From assembly GCA_030248215.1 (NCBI GenBank), contig JASANG010002792.1, positions 558,001-622,000 on the forward strand: a stretch of DNA of 64,000 bases, given 5' to 3'. The first letter of the stretch is position 1. Each line of letters starts with the position of its first letter. The notes under the pieces are model-generated. The model worked only from the letters and a program-made list of their open reading frames with translations. It was not told where the DNA came from and made no database searches. This DNA is from Enoplolaimus lenunculus. Its lineage: Eukaryota. This document shows, piece after piece, positions 1 through 20,800 of this stretch. A program made the translations under genes and the position numbers.

Positions 1-149
1 ATATCAGCGGCATAGCTATGTCACGGGCCCGCAGCCAAGGTGAGGCCAGGGGGGCTCAGCCCCCCCCCCCTGATGTTCCTTTAACGCTAAATCTAAAATG
101 TACCATCGTTTAAAATGAGTCTTTGCTCTACTAAAATTTGTGATTTATA

Positions 150-714
150 CAATGTACCTAACCCGGATATGAAAATTTTCGGGACCGGAGAAGAACTTTT
201 ATATATCCGGGTTTCTGTTATATCCCGGTTTGTCTATTTCGGTTAGCTTAGATAGGTATGAGAACACTTCATATAGTACTGTTTACGCATAGAACACGTT
301 TTTTAACATGTTATAGACATAAAAACACAGACAAAAATAGATTTTCAATCAGTGTTCACAAAGAATTCAGTCTAAAATTACATTTTAGGTAAACTAAAAG
401 TACTGTCACGATAATTGACTTTAATCACTCAATTGCATTTGTCATTGAACTCCACTCTATCTCTCTCTCTATCTGAACCCTGTTTAAGTGATTACGACGT
501 TAAGTACGCGGTCACAGAAAACGAACTCTTTTATATACGGAAGGACAGGACCGGAGAAAATATCTTATATCCGTGTTTTTCTTATATCAAGATTTCTTAT
601 GAACAGGTCTAATTGAATTTATATACGTAACACAGGCTCTATTTGAGACAGAAAAAATCTCTCATATCTGACGTTTCTCCTATATCCGAGTCTCTTATAT
701 CCGGGTTAGCCTGT
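150..714. mobile_element. Degenerate TIR MITE (Tc1/mariner/pogo-like)
   Basis: ctaacccggatat near 158 is inverted relative to atatccgggttagcctgta at about 697-714; internal ccggagaa/tatatccg sub-repeats. Confidence 0.45.
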
Positions 715-785
715 ATCGTTTGGTTGAATTTTTATAACACAAAACAGTTGCAGTGTTAAGAGTTGCTTGAAACGTTTTAACTTAC

Positions 786-1990
786 ATCTTCATAACAACG
801 CCATCTGTCAATTGTGTTCTTGAATGGAAGTGGGCAGTTCCACAATGAGTTTCCGTTGGTTGGACAATGGAAACCGTCTGGGTTCGCACACGCGTCTGAA
901 AGTAATTGCTTAACTATAAACACCAACGGTGCCCGGAAATGTAATTCGACCTTCTCAAATAGCCAACCACACATCTGATTTAAACTACATATTGTTTTCG
1001 GATAGCGCAAACGCTTGCAGCTCCTATCCAATATAATCGTTGAAGTTCCAAAAATAATAAAACAATGTGTACACTGCAAAAAATGGGGAGTCAAATTGAC
1101 TCTCTCGGAAACAGGCTTTTCCTGACTACACAAACTGAGTCAAATTCGACTCCACCAGAGTCAAATTCGATTCACTATGTCACACGTTTGACTGTGGCGG
1201 AGTCGAATTTGACTCAGTATGTGTAGTCAGGAAAAGCCTATTTCCAAGAGAGTCAATTTGACTTCCCATTTTTTACAGTGTAATTGACAAATTAGGTCAA
1301 AAAGTTTAAAAAACATTTTTGTTAACTATATATAATGCTAGGCCGAAAGTGATAAATTGTCTACACTTAGCAGAGCACTTAACATCTATTCTTTAGATAT
1401 ATTACTTCCTAAACCTAAATATTAACAGTTTCCGGGTGAACCGTTGCGTTATAGCATGCTCACGCAACTTGAAGCTCTATATTGATGATACATATTTCGG
1501 CCAATGTAAAGAACAGGGGCAGAACAGTATTATAAGCATATTTCTAAGCCTAAGCCTAAACCTAAGCCTAAAGCATAAGCGTAAAAATGAGCATATTGCT
1601 AAGCCTAAGCCTAAGCTTAAGCCTAAGCGAAATTCCCAAATATTTTCATCTGACTTAAGTATATTACACTAGTTTACACTTAAGCTGGGGTTACCTATCG
1701 TAGAGAAACTTTAAAAACTACTGAAGAGTTATTCAATTATTATGGGATGGACTGGCTGGCGAAATCTTATTTTCACGTACTTATACACAGCTGAAAAATA
1801 TTACTTATATGTATATCCGTAAATCTTAAACGAGGGTCTAAAGCCAACAGTTTTTCCAGGAACCATGGACCTGAAATAATGCGTCAGTCCAAACTATAAT
1901 AACCTGTTGTTTCGTATTATTCGAGAGACTGTGCTTACCTGCGTAACCGAGCAACAAAGAAACTACGCTTGAGATCAAAATTAATAGCAT
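786..1990 (-). CDS. Orphan secreted cysteine-rich protein, 3'-partial (no further exon recognised inside the window)
   Basis: Exon 1 (1990-1939) encodes MLLILISSVVSLLLGYA, a signal-peptide-like segment, and ends at a G|gtaagc donor. Exon 2 (895-786) follows a ttactttcag acceptor, reads (D)ACANPDGFHCPTNGNSLWNCPLPFKNTIDRWRCYED and ends at gtaagt. Phases match. A tttcag acceptor lies about 35 nt upstream of the ATG. Confidence 0.6.
1072..1280. mobile_element. Fold-back MITE with CACTG...CAGTG termini (CMC/EnSpm-like), TA-flanked
   Basis: About 95-bp near-perfect inverted arms (cactgcaaaaaatggggagtcaaattgactctct... / ...agagagtcaatttgacttcccattttttacagtg) with TA on both sides. Confidence 0.75.
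1499..1630 (+). mobile_element. Telomere-repeat (GCCTAA)n-containing MITE, truncated copy
   Basis: Starts ggccaatgtaaagaacaggggcagaacagtattataagc, as do the copies at 4257 and 53221, followed by cctaagcctaa repeats. Confidence 0.6.
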
Positions 1991-3314
1991 TGTGAGTTAC
2001 TTTACTTATAGGGTGTGTCCTGTCTGAAACGCTAGACTCAAAATAGCGTGAAAATTTAGTGACTCCAAGTTAATATTCAAACGCTAATTACTCACACTAT
2101 AAAAGCTCAAGAAGGAAATTGCAAGAAAATTTTTGTAAATATATAAAATCAAAAAGTAAACTGAAAATTTTTTATTTTTAAAGTCGAAAATGTGGCAAAA
2201 AACAGCATCAAAATGTTTCCACCTTAATATTTTTGATCCTTCACATCACAAAATTGATGACTTGTTTAACAGCAGAAGTTCAAAATGTGAATATTTTTAA
2301 CTATCTTTATTAACAGTTGGCGGACATGGTTTTCCTCGACAAACTGTGAAATAAAATTTTCAAAGTCACTATAGATAGAGAGCAGATAGTTCGAGTCTAA
2401 AGTTAACATTTTACTTTTTTTTCAAATTTTGAAATTGCCGGTTAAACTTTTTGTACGAGAAGATGAGTGAAAAATGTGTTTAAAATTTAAAAAACATGTG
2501 TCAGATTTGAATAGTAAAAAATTAAAATAAAAAGAAAATTCACTACTTCGCATGCATGCATGAAATTGCTACATTGTGAAAAATGTTTTCTGTTATTTTT
2601 TGTCTTTCAAGTTTAAAACAAATTATCACCTTTTAAACGGAAAAGTCAAGCAATTTATCGTTAACATTGATGTATAACTCTCCTTCGCTACAAGCTTTAC
2701 TTATGCATGCCGGTTTGACGAAATACAGTTGCAAAAAGAGAATATCAAAATGCAATTTTTAAAAAACATTTTACTTTAAATTTTTATCTATTTTGTTGAA
2801 GCTTTCATAGGATGCTAAACAGGAAAGGGAGCTGCCGCCCTCTAAACCCCTGTGAGAAGTTGATGATTAGCTCGTTTGAAAGGCCCCAAATAGCAACTTA
2901 ACTTTAGTTCTTACCTATGTTAATACGCTTAAAGCTCCGATTTAGTGACGCGGCCGTATAAATGTTTAACGACCCCTCCCAATACCAGTTATACATCAAG
3001 TTAGAACAGCACAATTACGACAACAAGATTAAGTGTCTTAATTGATGTGTAGCCTGATCCGAATTTTCACACAATTTCTCCGGTTAATTCCGACCAAATG
3101 AACTCCGTAGAATGACCAGTTCGGGGTAGGGATGCTGCCAACCAACAATGACCCCGGTTTCAAGGGACACAGGCTTAAAAGGATAAGTTTTCCAATAATC
3201 AATTGCTTAGTGTGGGGGTTTGCCTGACATTGCGGGGATACAGGGGAGCAGCAGCCCTCCTGAGGGTCCAAATAAAGAAAAATTTTATGTTGGGAAGTTT
3301 TTCCTTGGTATGGA

Positions 3315-3735
3315 CGCAACTGTCGCACAGTCCCAACTGGTCTGCTGCCCCAACTGTCCCATTGCTCCAACTGCCCCAACTGTCACAACTGTCCTGTGTC
3401 AGTTGTCCCGCTGTCCGAACAGTCCCAATTATCAAACTGTCCTAAATGTTCCAACTGTCCCAACTGTCCCAAATGTCTCAGATGTCCTGATGTCCAAACT
3501 GTCTTGCTGTCCCAACTGTTCCACTGACCCAACTGTGTCAACTGTCCCGCTGTCCCAGCTGTCCCACTGTCTCAACCTTCCAGCTGTCACAACTCTTCTG
3601 CTATCTCGACTGTCCAACTTTCCCGATTGCCCCGCTGTCCCAACTGTCCCAACTGTCCCAACTTCGCTGTGCCAACTGTCCGCACTGTTCCAATTATATT
3701 TGTTGTGTGTGCTCCTGGTACTTTGCTGTCCCAGG
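3315..3735. repeat. Degenerate 9-10 bp minisatellite (CCAACTGTC)n
   Basis: Many ccaactgtcc/caactgtc units; these account for the spurious PTV/CPN-repeat ORFs. Confidence 0.85.
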
Positions 3736-4256
3736 AAAATGGATCGGCATTTAGCATATTAACTTTGATCCTGCTTCATAGGTGCCAATCTGTCCTCAAA
3801 AGTGGGGGCTAGTTCTGAAATTTAGACATGATCACACTTTCCACGACAAGTAAAGTATAGTACCACCCTTTATCAATTACAAAATTTTTCTATCGCTTAC
3901 AAAATTTATATATGTGCTAAACTGTTGAAATGTATATTTTAGTTTGTAGTGCTCTGACACAATAAACAGCTTCGTTAGTTTGACGAAAAAGAGCTTAATA
4001 GTTTTGGTTTTCATTTTTAATCAAAATTAATTAAAAATTAAGTGTAAGTTAGGTGGAAGACAGTCATCCAACGCAAAAAATGATATATATTCCTTAGCCT
4101 TTTCGGCGTAACAAACACGGGTCTAAAAACAAAGCTTAAGCATAAGTAAAAAACGATAAAGTGTAAAATTTAAGCCTTCTTTTTTATGTTCTTGTGTCCT
4201 GAAAGCAGGGCACCACTAACATGGGCTAATGTTTGTACGATTATATAAGTATATGG

Positions 4257-4407
4257 GCCAATGTAAAGAACAGTGGCGGAACAGTATTATCAACATATTC
4301 CTAAGCCTATGAAGCCTAAGCCAAGCAAAAAAAAAGTAGTCTAAAGCTTAAGTTTACTCTGTTTCAGTCCCACAGAAAAACGTTCCGCCCCTGATGTTTA
4401 CATGGGC
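4257..4407 (+). mobile_element. Telomere-repeat-containing MITE (PIF/Harbinger-like ends)
   Basis: TIRs ggccaatgtaaagaacagtggcggaac / gttccgcccctgatgtttacatgggc; internal cctaagcc units. Confidence 0.65.
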
Positions 4408-4884
4408 TAGATTCATCCCTGAAGTTGTACCCTGGAAAACACAAAGTGTGCAACACAAGATCAGTACTGTTGGTGTAAAAATTTGAAACAAAGATGCGCT
4501 TACATTCTAAGATTGCGTCCCTCGCGAAAATTTCCGAACATTTGTATAATAGATGACACTATAAAATTTCTAAAAAAGCAAAGAAAAGGACGAAAACGTG
4601 ATCTGTCGATTGGCGTACCCCGTTCTCCAGCAATTTGTAGCATGCCGAAGAAAAAATCAGTAGTAGAAAATTTTAAAGTTACCACCGGTAGCTCAAAATT
4701 AGAACTGATTTCTGCAACTAATGACTAGGTATTTGATAAATTTAAAACACATGGTGAAAACATCCAACTATTAAAAGTCAAAACTACAAAACTTGAGTAA
4801 ACTCCTGACTAAGTTGCAATTTTACTTTTAAGTCATGTTTCTGCAACCCAGTCATTGTTACAAGGGCCCAATACATTCAGTGGT

Positions 4885-5230
4885 GTACCGTTTTCCAGCG
4901 GGACAGCAGTATTGCCGGAAAGCAGTATTTGCTACTCCTTTTTGTCCTACGCGAATATTATTTAACTTTGTTGTTGCTGTTGTTCTTATAGTTGTTATTT
5001 GTAGTTTGGTTTAGTATGATAGTTTCTTCTCTCCCGATCTAACAAACTTAGTACAGCCTGAAAAGCATTTTATTCGTATTACATTGTTTCGTTTTCCCAG
5101 TGAAAAGTTGGAGCGGTCCCGCTTTCCCGTTTGTCCCAAACAAACCTGTTCCATTGTCCCGTTTTCCTAGCGACAAATTGCAGCTGTCCCGTTTTCCCAT
5201 TTGCCCGAAACAAGGCTGTCGAATTTTACC
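4885..5230 (+). repeat. Dispersed repeat with ctgtcccgttttcccatttg sub-repeats
   Basis: Shares gcag(t/c)atttgctactcc...taactttgttgttgc and the tandem units with 51630-52175. Confidence 0.6.
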
Positions 5231-5630
5231 ATGTTCCTGTAATGCTGCCGGCAGTAGTATATGAATTTGCCCTGATTACACTCCTGTGTCTGGTTGTTCT
5301 ACAAGAAAACGGGGTTGCTCCTAAAAATAGATTGGTCGTTACTTGTTGCAATGTGTTGTAACATAGTACATATATGTAATTCCCTAGCTATATGTGTGTC
5401 AGCAGTTAACATTGATTCCTCCAAAGATTCTCGAAGTTGTTGCGAGTAGGAGTAGCGAGCGAAAGGAGTAATGTAGACGTTTCATATCTAGAAGGATTGT
5501 AGTCTTTAGAAAGCTGTATATATACTTATCATGAATTTAAAATTCGGAAGTATCAAAATTCATTTTCTCTGATTTTGTTTGTCTTTAGTTCTATACTAAA
5601 TACGTAATTACAGTGCATACTTGTTTCATT

Positions 5631-13830
<8,200 letters not shown>

Positions 13831-14842
13831 CATGTTTTATTTCGTGATTATGTAAAAATGCATATTATTGTAATTTGAATATATTTCAAAGCTTATAATG
13901 CTAGACGTCAGGTTACCGCCTCAAACATTAGTTTCTGCTATTTTTTGTGCTTCTGAAAAGTTAGTAGTTTGGAGAATCGATTTCATCTTACATCGTCGTA
14001 TAAATAAACCCGGAAAATTTTACTACGACGTTTATTCGAACGGCCAGAGCATTATGTAAAGGGAAATAAAGTCCAATCGTTCAATGAATTCTCGATTTTA
14101 ATACACTACTTGCGGTACTGTGTTATTGAGACAATATAACAACTGTTTGAGCTCGTGAAAGAAATATATTAAAGTCTACACTGTGCAGTGTACGTATTTA
14201 TACTGTTAGAGGCAGGGCTCGTGGACTTCTGCTTTTAAGCACTTGGCAGGATAGTATCACGGAAAATCTTGCACGCAGGGTACAACCGGATATCCGTTTT
14301 CAGCAAAAATCGATATTCGTTTTCGTTATAGAATGCCGGGAATACCGTTATTTTTAAGCTTATGAAATTACATGCAAAATATTAACATAATAGTGTTGTG
14401 AACCAGCCGGAACCGGCCGGCCGGCCAGTAAAATGCTTACCACGAAAACATTGTGTCATCAATTTAATATTTTAAATCTTATTTAGATTTCGATTCTAAA
14501 ACTTAGCTGAAATCTCAAATGTTGCCTACAGTCTATGGTCAATGGTATGGTTGAATCACTGTTTGGAAGTGCTTCGGTTGCAGTCGTATTCTAGACAGCT
14601 CGTGCGCGGTGAGATAAAGCGCTTCGATGACCTGGGTTCCATTGCCTTTTAGAAAAATATAGTGAAAGGTTTCACTGGAGTACCGATATATTAATTTCTG
14701 ACAAAGGGAACTAGAAGTTAAGTGACCCGAAAGGTTCATGAAAAAGAATGTTTCCAAACTGCATCTGAAAAAATTTTGTAAAGTGCAAAAACAAGTTGAA
14801 ATAAATATTTATTGTTGAGCATTATAAACTGGTAGCAAAATG

Positions 14843-15062
14843 CACTGTAACTTCCCATCAGGTAATGAATCAACTCAGACGGAATGCTATTTCTGAGTTC
14901 AGTAAAACTCTTTAGTTGAGTTGGTTCTTACTCTGAGTTGAAATGGTTCCGGGGGAGTTGAATATTGAATCAACATGAGTTAACTAAACTCGGAATAGAG
15001 TTCTGATAGTCAGAACTCAGACTGACTGATTTAACAAAAGTAACTCACTGGAATTTGCAGTG
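14843..15062. mobile_element. Degenerate CACTG...CAGTG MITE
   Basis: Ends cactgtaacttcc / ggaatttgcagtg with internal aactc/gagtt sub-repeats. Confidence 0.4.
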
Positions 15063-15219
15063 GCAAAAATGCCCTAAATCCTGCTCAACATGTGGAATCT
15101 GCAGCTGAAACATATTCGCTGCTTTCCAGTTTGGACAAATACGTGTTAGCATCCAATTTCGAAGGTTTATATTAATGGGTCATCCACGTTATACTGTCTA
15201 CACTACTGTAAAAAATTGT

Positions 15220-15600
15220 CCCCACCTACCCGCCCCCCCTCTTTTTTTTTTCCCTTCCCAAATTCCCCTCCGCCGCCCCCCTTTTCTGTTTGACCCCCCC
15301 GACACCCCCCCCCCTATCTGCGCCCGCGCGCTGCCCCCTCCCCCCCCCCCCCCCCCCAATTTTAATTTTTTTAGCCCTTTTCCTCCGCGTGGGGAGGCCA
15401 CCTCTTAAAAAATTTCCTTTCCTTTTTCTTGTGTCTCTTCGCCCTTCTCCCCCCCTTCCCCCCCCCCTCCCCCCCTTCCCCCTTCCCCCCCCCCGCCCCC
15501 CCCTCCCCACCCCCCCCCCCCCCCCCCCCCCTTTCTCCTCCTTTTTTTTTTCTACCTCTCCTTCTTTTTCCCCCCCCCCTACCCCCCGTTGTGCCAAAAT
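15220..15600. other. Poly-C/T low-complexity tract, possibly low-quality assembly
   Basis: Runs of C and T homopolymers; yields only Pro/Gly-rich spurious ORFs. Confidence 0.6.
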
Positions 15601-17179
15601 TTTCTACCTACCAAACAATACCAAAAAATCAAAATTTTGGTCTTCCTCCTTCAACCGTTTTCATCGATAATCTGAACAAATTTTAAGTGTTAATTTTACG
15701 AGTCGATTAAATTCGAATGTACCGAGATACTGTTTTAGTAAAAGTATAAACTCTGCATAAACGTTGCCCGCAATAGGCTATCACTCACGTGATCAGCATA
15801 CAACAGGATTTGAAACCGATAGAAATTCTACAAAAACAAAAATGTAGTGACATAAGTAAGTTTTTATTGTTCGCTTCGGGGAATTCTTTACATTGGCTTA
15901 AACTTGAAGCACCTAAATTCTCCCAGTCGAAATTATGCTTGTTTGATTGTTCCAACCAAACTAGCGGAATTACTATACTTAGCCGTATAGGAGCAGGGTT
16001 GGTTTTTTCAGGAAATATTGAATCGATCGGAAAAAACGTTTTCACGGAAAAATTGAAAATCATAAATGCATCCGCAAGTGCAAAATCGTTAATAGATGAC
16101 GTGTATTGGAAAAATGACATGAGAAGGATCAAATTACTATTTTATTATAAAGTATCAACGTTTGACAAAATTATATTCAGAAGATAGGTTTCAAATTAAA
16201 CACTGTATTATCTGCAATAAATGTTGGATCAAAGAAAAAATCAAAATCTCAAATAGATGCAGCAAAAGTACTTGGTACAAGGGATGAATCTGGAATTCCG
16301 GTTTCATTAGGAAACCGCTTGTATAGCGTCCTTTTTAGTACCAATAAAATGATTTTCCGCTTTTCCACCCCCAGAAAAAAGGTAAAACCCGTTGTTTGCG
16401 GTGCCCAATTCTGTACAGGAGTCGCTAAGCTTCAGATTTTCTCCACCAAACCATGAAAATTTAGGTTTGAATTTTCCACTTTCCGTGTTCCAAACAAACT
16501 TTACACTTCAAATTTTCCCTACGAAAACTAACATCTCGGCGTTTGAATTCCGACAACTTTGTAGTTTTTTCCTGCCACTACGCAAATGTAGGGGGGTGGG
16601 CAAACTAGTTCACTTGTAACATAAAGATTTGTCTCCGTTTTAAAACTAGTTTCTAGTGCGAAATTTTTTCGTCAATTTTGCGTTATGGTCCTCAGAGGAA
16701 TTGCCGCTTCACTGCACCCTATACAATTTGAAGGGGGTTCCACAATTTGTCTTAATAAACGTGAAAGACTGTTGCGATGGAAGTTTTCCTTAGTGGAGGA
16801 ATGGAGGGGCAGCAACCCCCTATCTTGCTTAGTATTCCTCCAAATAGCAGCGGGGACCCACATTGTCTTAATATATACGTGAAAGATTGCGGCGGGATAA
16901 ACATTTGCATTGTGGAGGAAACTACAGAAGTGCCTGAATTCAATATGTATTAAATTTTCTACTTTTCCCGTTTTCCAAACAAAACCTATGTTTTAGATTT
17001 TTTCTTTCAACCCAGGGATTAAGCGTTTAAATTTTTCAGTTTTCCCGTTTTCGAAATAAATTTTACACTACAGATTTTTCCTACCGAACCAACGAATATT
17101 TAACCTTATGCATTTTTCAGTTTTCTCAGCCAAACTTATGGATATGATTTTGCTCACCAAACCAGTGGGAAAACAGGGG

Positions 17180-17305
17180 CTTCTAGTTTTCCTGGGTGTT
17201 AAACTTATGATCAGGAGTGCAGCGCAGCCACTCCTGTATGACGGCTAGAAACTTCGCTGGTTTGGTAGCAAAAATAACAAGCATAGTTTGCTCGGGAAAA
17301 CTGGA
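17180..17305 (+). repeat. Dispersed repeat with GC-rich hairpin (possible Helitron/Helentron end)
   Basis: Hairpin ggagtgcagcgcagccactcc; the reverse-complement copy lies at about 52200-52320. Confidence 0.5.
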
Positions 17306-17879
17306 ACATGCATAAGCCTGGATAAACCCTGGTTCGGTAAGGAAAATAATGTAGTGTAAAGTTTGTTTCGAAAACGAGAAACGTTTAAATGTTTGAATTT
17401 TGCTAGAAACAATCCGGCTCCAGCATGCATAACTTTGTTAGAAAAATTTAGGCCCATCATTTTTGTACGGCAGGAAAAAATATACCATGGCGGATTTTTC
17501 CACGAAACAGACCCACGATGTTTGAATTTCAATAAGTACCTATTGGCCCCGGTGATTTTTATTCTAGGTAAGTACGCAACTATTTCAGCCTATTTTAGAA
17601 AAAGGTACGAATCATGCTGAATATATATGCTAAGGCAGTATTAGGATATAACGCCAAACTAGGCACTAATTCTCCATTGTGACATACTAAATGCTTTAAC
17701 AAAAGTTTATACCTGACGAGCGTTAAAAAAGATACGCCACTAAAATAACAGGTACGTTTAGAAAACTCTCCCCCCAACCGCGGGAGCTTGCGCTAATTTC
17801 GCCAGCCGAGCAGGTAAACTCAGTTGTTGCACAATTTTCTTTAAGAATGAACTCACGGTTCGGACGCACTACAGCAATA

Positions 17880-20800
17880 TTACCCTGTCCGTAACATTTT
17901 TGCCGCTTTCAACTCCTCGAACTGCTTGAGCTCTTCAGTCACAATTTCTTTTCGTTTCTCAAGAAATTCACGATATTCTTCTGGATTGTACGACTGTTTA
18001 ACTTCGATTCCAATTAAGCGTGCATGTCCAATTACCTTTTTACACAGCGTTTCTAGCGGTAAACCCACATTAATCTAAAAATAGTACGTTCAACAAGATG
18101 AAAATTATACAAACAGAGTGCTATCGCGATTGCGTTCCATATAAGAGCTAATCACGGCTGGTTGTCACTTCAACGCGAACGCTCGCAAGTAGTAATTGAA
18201 GGATAATTCCAAACGTTCACTGTGTATAGCCCTATCACCAGTTTATGTGCGTTTCGTAACTTTGGAATCAGAGAGTGATAACGTTGGCAATTATTACTTA
18301 GTATTGAAGTGTTTGATCGAGAGTACACATAACTGCACACATGTTTCAAAACGCCATTCTGGTTATTACTAACTGACATTATATTTTCAAATTGTGCACG
18401 CTCCAACAGGTCTGAGCAACGCACAGTTAAGGAAGTATTTTCAATATGCATAATCCTCGGTTAAATAATGTTCATGAGTCAAGCAGTTAAAAATTACTTC
18501 GTCTGTTGACTGAATTTTTGCTATCCCATAGATATGTTTCAATGTGACCCATCCACAAACTTCATGTCGCGGTCTAGTCGCCCCGCGCCGAATGCCAGCC
18601 GCCTGAATCATAAACAAACAAAAAAGAACTATGATTACGTGGCTCGTATGTTTGTTTGTTATGTGACATGCGGTAAGGGTGCAACCGGAATTACAATTTA
18701 CCGGAATCGGAATTTGAAAAAATTACCGGAAACGTAACCGGAAAATGACAAATACATGCCACCGAAAAATTCATTTTAATTTTCTTTTTTGCAATTATTG
18801 GTAAATAACCCTTAGTTGGTGATAGGTATATATTCACTTTATCTGCTGTATCTTAGATTTTCATAATCCACGAAAGAGCAATCTACCTTCGAAGGTGCTA
18901 TACTATAGGAATGAAATCTACTTAAATTTTATCGTCATTTTTTAGTAAAATATGTTAATTTCCACCGACCACAATTTAATGCCGGAATTTTTCATTACCA
19001 AAAATATACCGGAACCGGAAGGTCAAAAATTGCCGGAACCGGAATTCGGGTTGCACCCTGCATGCGGTTCTTATGCTGGGTTACGCTTTGGAACCTAAAA
19101 ACTGAATAACGTTTAAAAATCTACATACTTATTAAACTAATACTAAACTATTGTCGATATACACAACGAAAACGAAAACGAAAATTTTATTTAACAAACT
19201 CAGCAATTCTGCACATAGTAAACGATTATATTCTACGTTATTATGTTTAACACTGCTTGCTATACATTATATGAAAACTCTTGGACACGTCATCTGTTTA
19301 CCCAGATGACCGAGGTATTTTACCAAAAAACTTTAATATCAAACTTACACACGCACCCGAGTTAAAAGCCACGTGAGATTGGGGGTCTGAATCACTAGGC
19401 GGTAAGTTCTGTCAGGATTGACAAAAACGCGCGAAGGCAGTGGAATTCCAGGCTAAAACTAAAACAATTGATAGACCAAAAAATAACAAATCAATACAAA
19501 GTACGATGAGGCTTATACAGACTGTACAGCCTTTTGTGTCTGAAGTTTTCCTGTTACAGTTCATTGTGACGGTTGTATAAAATTCCGATCACGATTTAAT
19601 TCAGTTATGTTTAGCACCCGGACTATACCACAGAACTGCAAAAAAGAATTGCTTCGTATTGTATGGACTTCTAATCTAAAACCTATAGTAGTATTACTTG
19701 CACAAAGACACATGCCGGAGAGTATCTCTTGATTCGTATTGTATGGTGTTCTAACAGCTGTAGAGATACTCTGAAGTTTGTTTCTTCGTTCATGCAATAC
19801 TACTCCAGCTGTATTCGACTTCGAATCACAAACGCTAAAAATTGCTCACATACAATTAAATCCTTTGTACGCTCGTTAAATTCTTGACAAAACTGAGCAA
19901 CATTCACGCCACGCTGTCCTAGCTGTGGTCCCAATGGCGGTGCTGGTGTAGCCTACAACAAATTGTGCGACTCAACGAATGTCAAAATGAATAAATATGA
20001 ATTATGCATATTCCGATGCTACATAAGTAACCAACACATTGTCGCTTACACCATACATATATACATACATACGTACCCACCCCTATTATGCCTACGTTTT
20101 CTTATTTTTTGCCAGTTTAAATACTGCACAGTTTCACCAAGGATCTTTTCTTGGAAACTTTGGAACTGATATTCAGGGGCAAGCGCAGCAGAACCAGCTA
20201 ATCCGAGGACAAATGTCGGCACATACACTGGGGTGCGATTAGGGCCCATTCCATGAAATTTTGCACTCTATGTATATAATGTAAAATTTTTTGACTTAAA
20301 AATAGGAGAGGCCGCACCTCTGTGCACGATATATAAGGAATGATTACAAAAAATTTTCAGCTGGCAGCAATAAAAGCGTTTCCGTAAAACACAAAATCAT
20401 ATACATGTGCATAGACCGGTGCAAAAAATTGTTGCAATGAATGACCACAAGGGGTAGTGTTGCCATGCTTGACATGAGTGCAAGAGGGCTGAGGTTCAAC
20501 CCCGGCGCGGTCCTTGACTTTTGAAAACTTCTAAAAGGGTTCATGGACAGGGATGTGCGGTCTCGGTCTCGGTAAGTCTCGGTATTTGGCTGGTCTCGGT
20601 CTCGTTTATTAAACCGAGACCAAAGGACAAAGACAAGTTCCCGTTTTTTTCTGCTCAACGTTCACAGTAAACGGACGTCAGTTGTATTTGTTGATTTTTA
20701 CCGCAAAATTTTTGCAGGTTTGATGCTATGAAGTAAATTATACCCCAAACTTTTTGTTATTGTTTTGTCAAAACACAGATAGTTGATTTATAGACATTTA

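Noticed and set aside
3038..3812. Overlapping ORFs up to 180 aa (PTVPTV/CPNCPN repeats)
   Set aside because: Translations of a 9-10 bp minisatellite that is open in several frames on both strands.
15175..15686. Pro-rich and Gly-rich ORFs resembling formin/extensin or RGG proteins
   Set aside because: Homopolymer low-complexity tract, probably poor-quality sequence; no splice or domain support.
15785..17620. ORFs of 132, 115, 95 and 85 aa between PSMC5 and MRPL11
   Set aside because: No recognisable motif, interrupted by stops and repeats; no consistent exon chain could be built.
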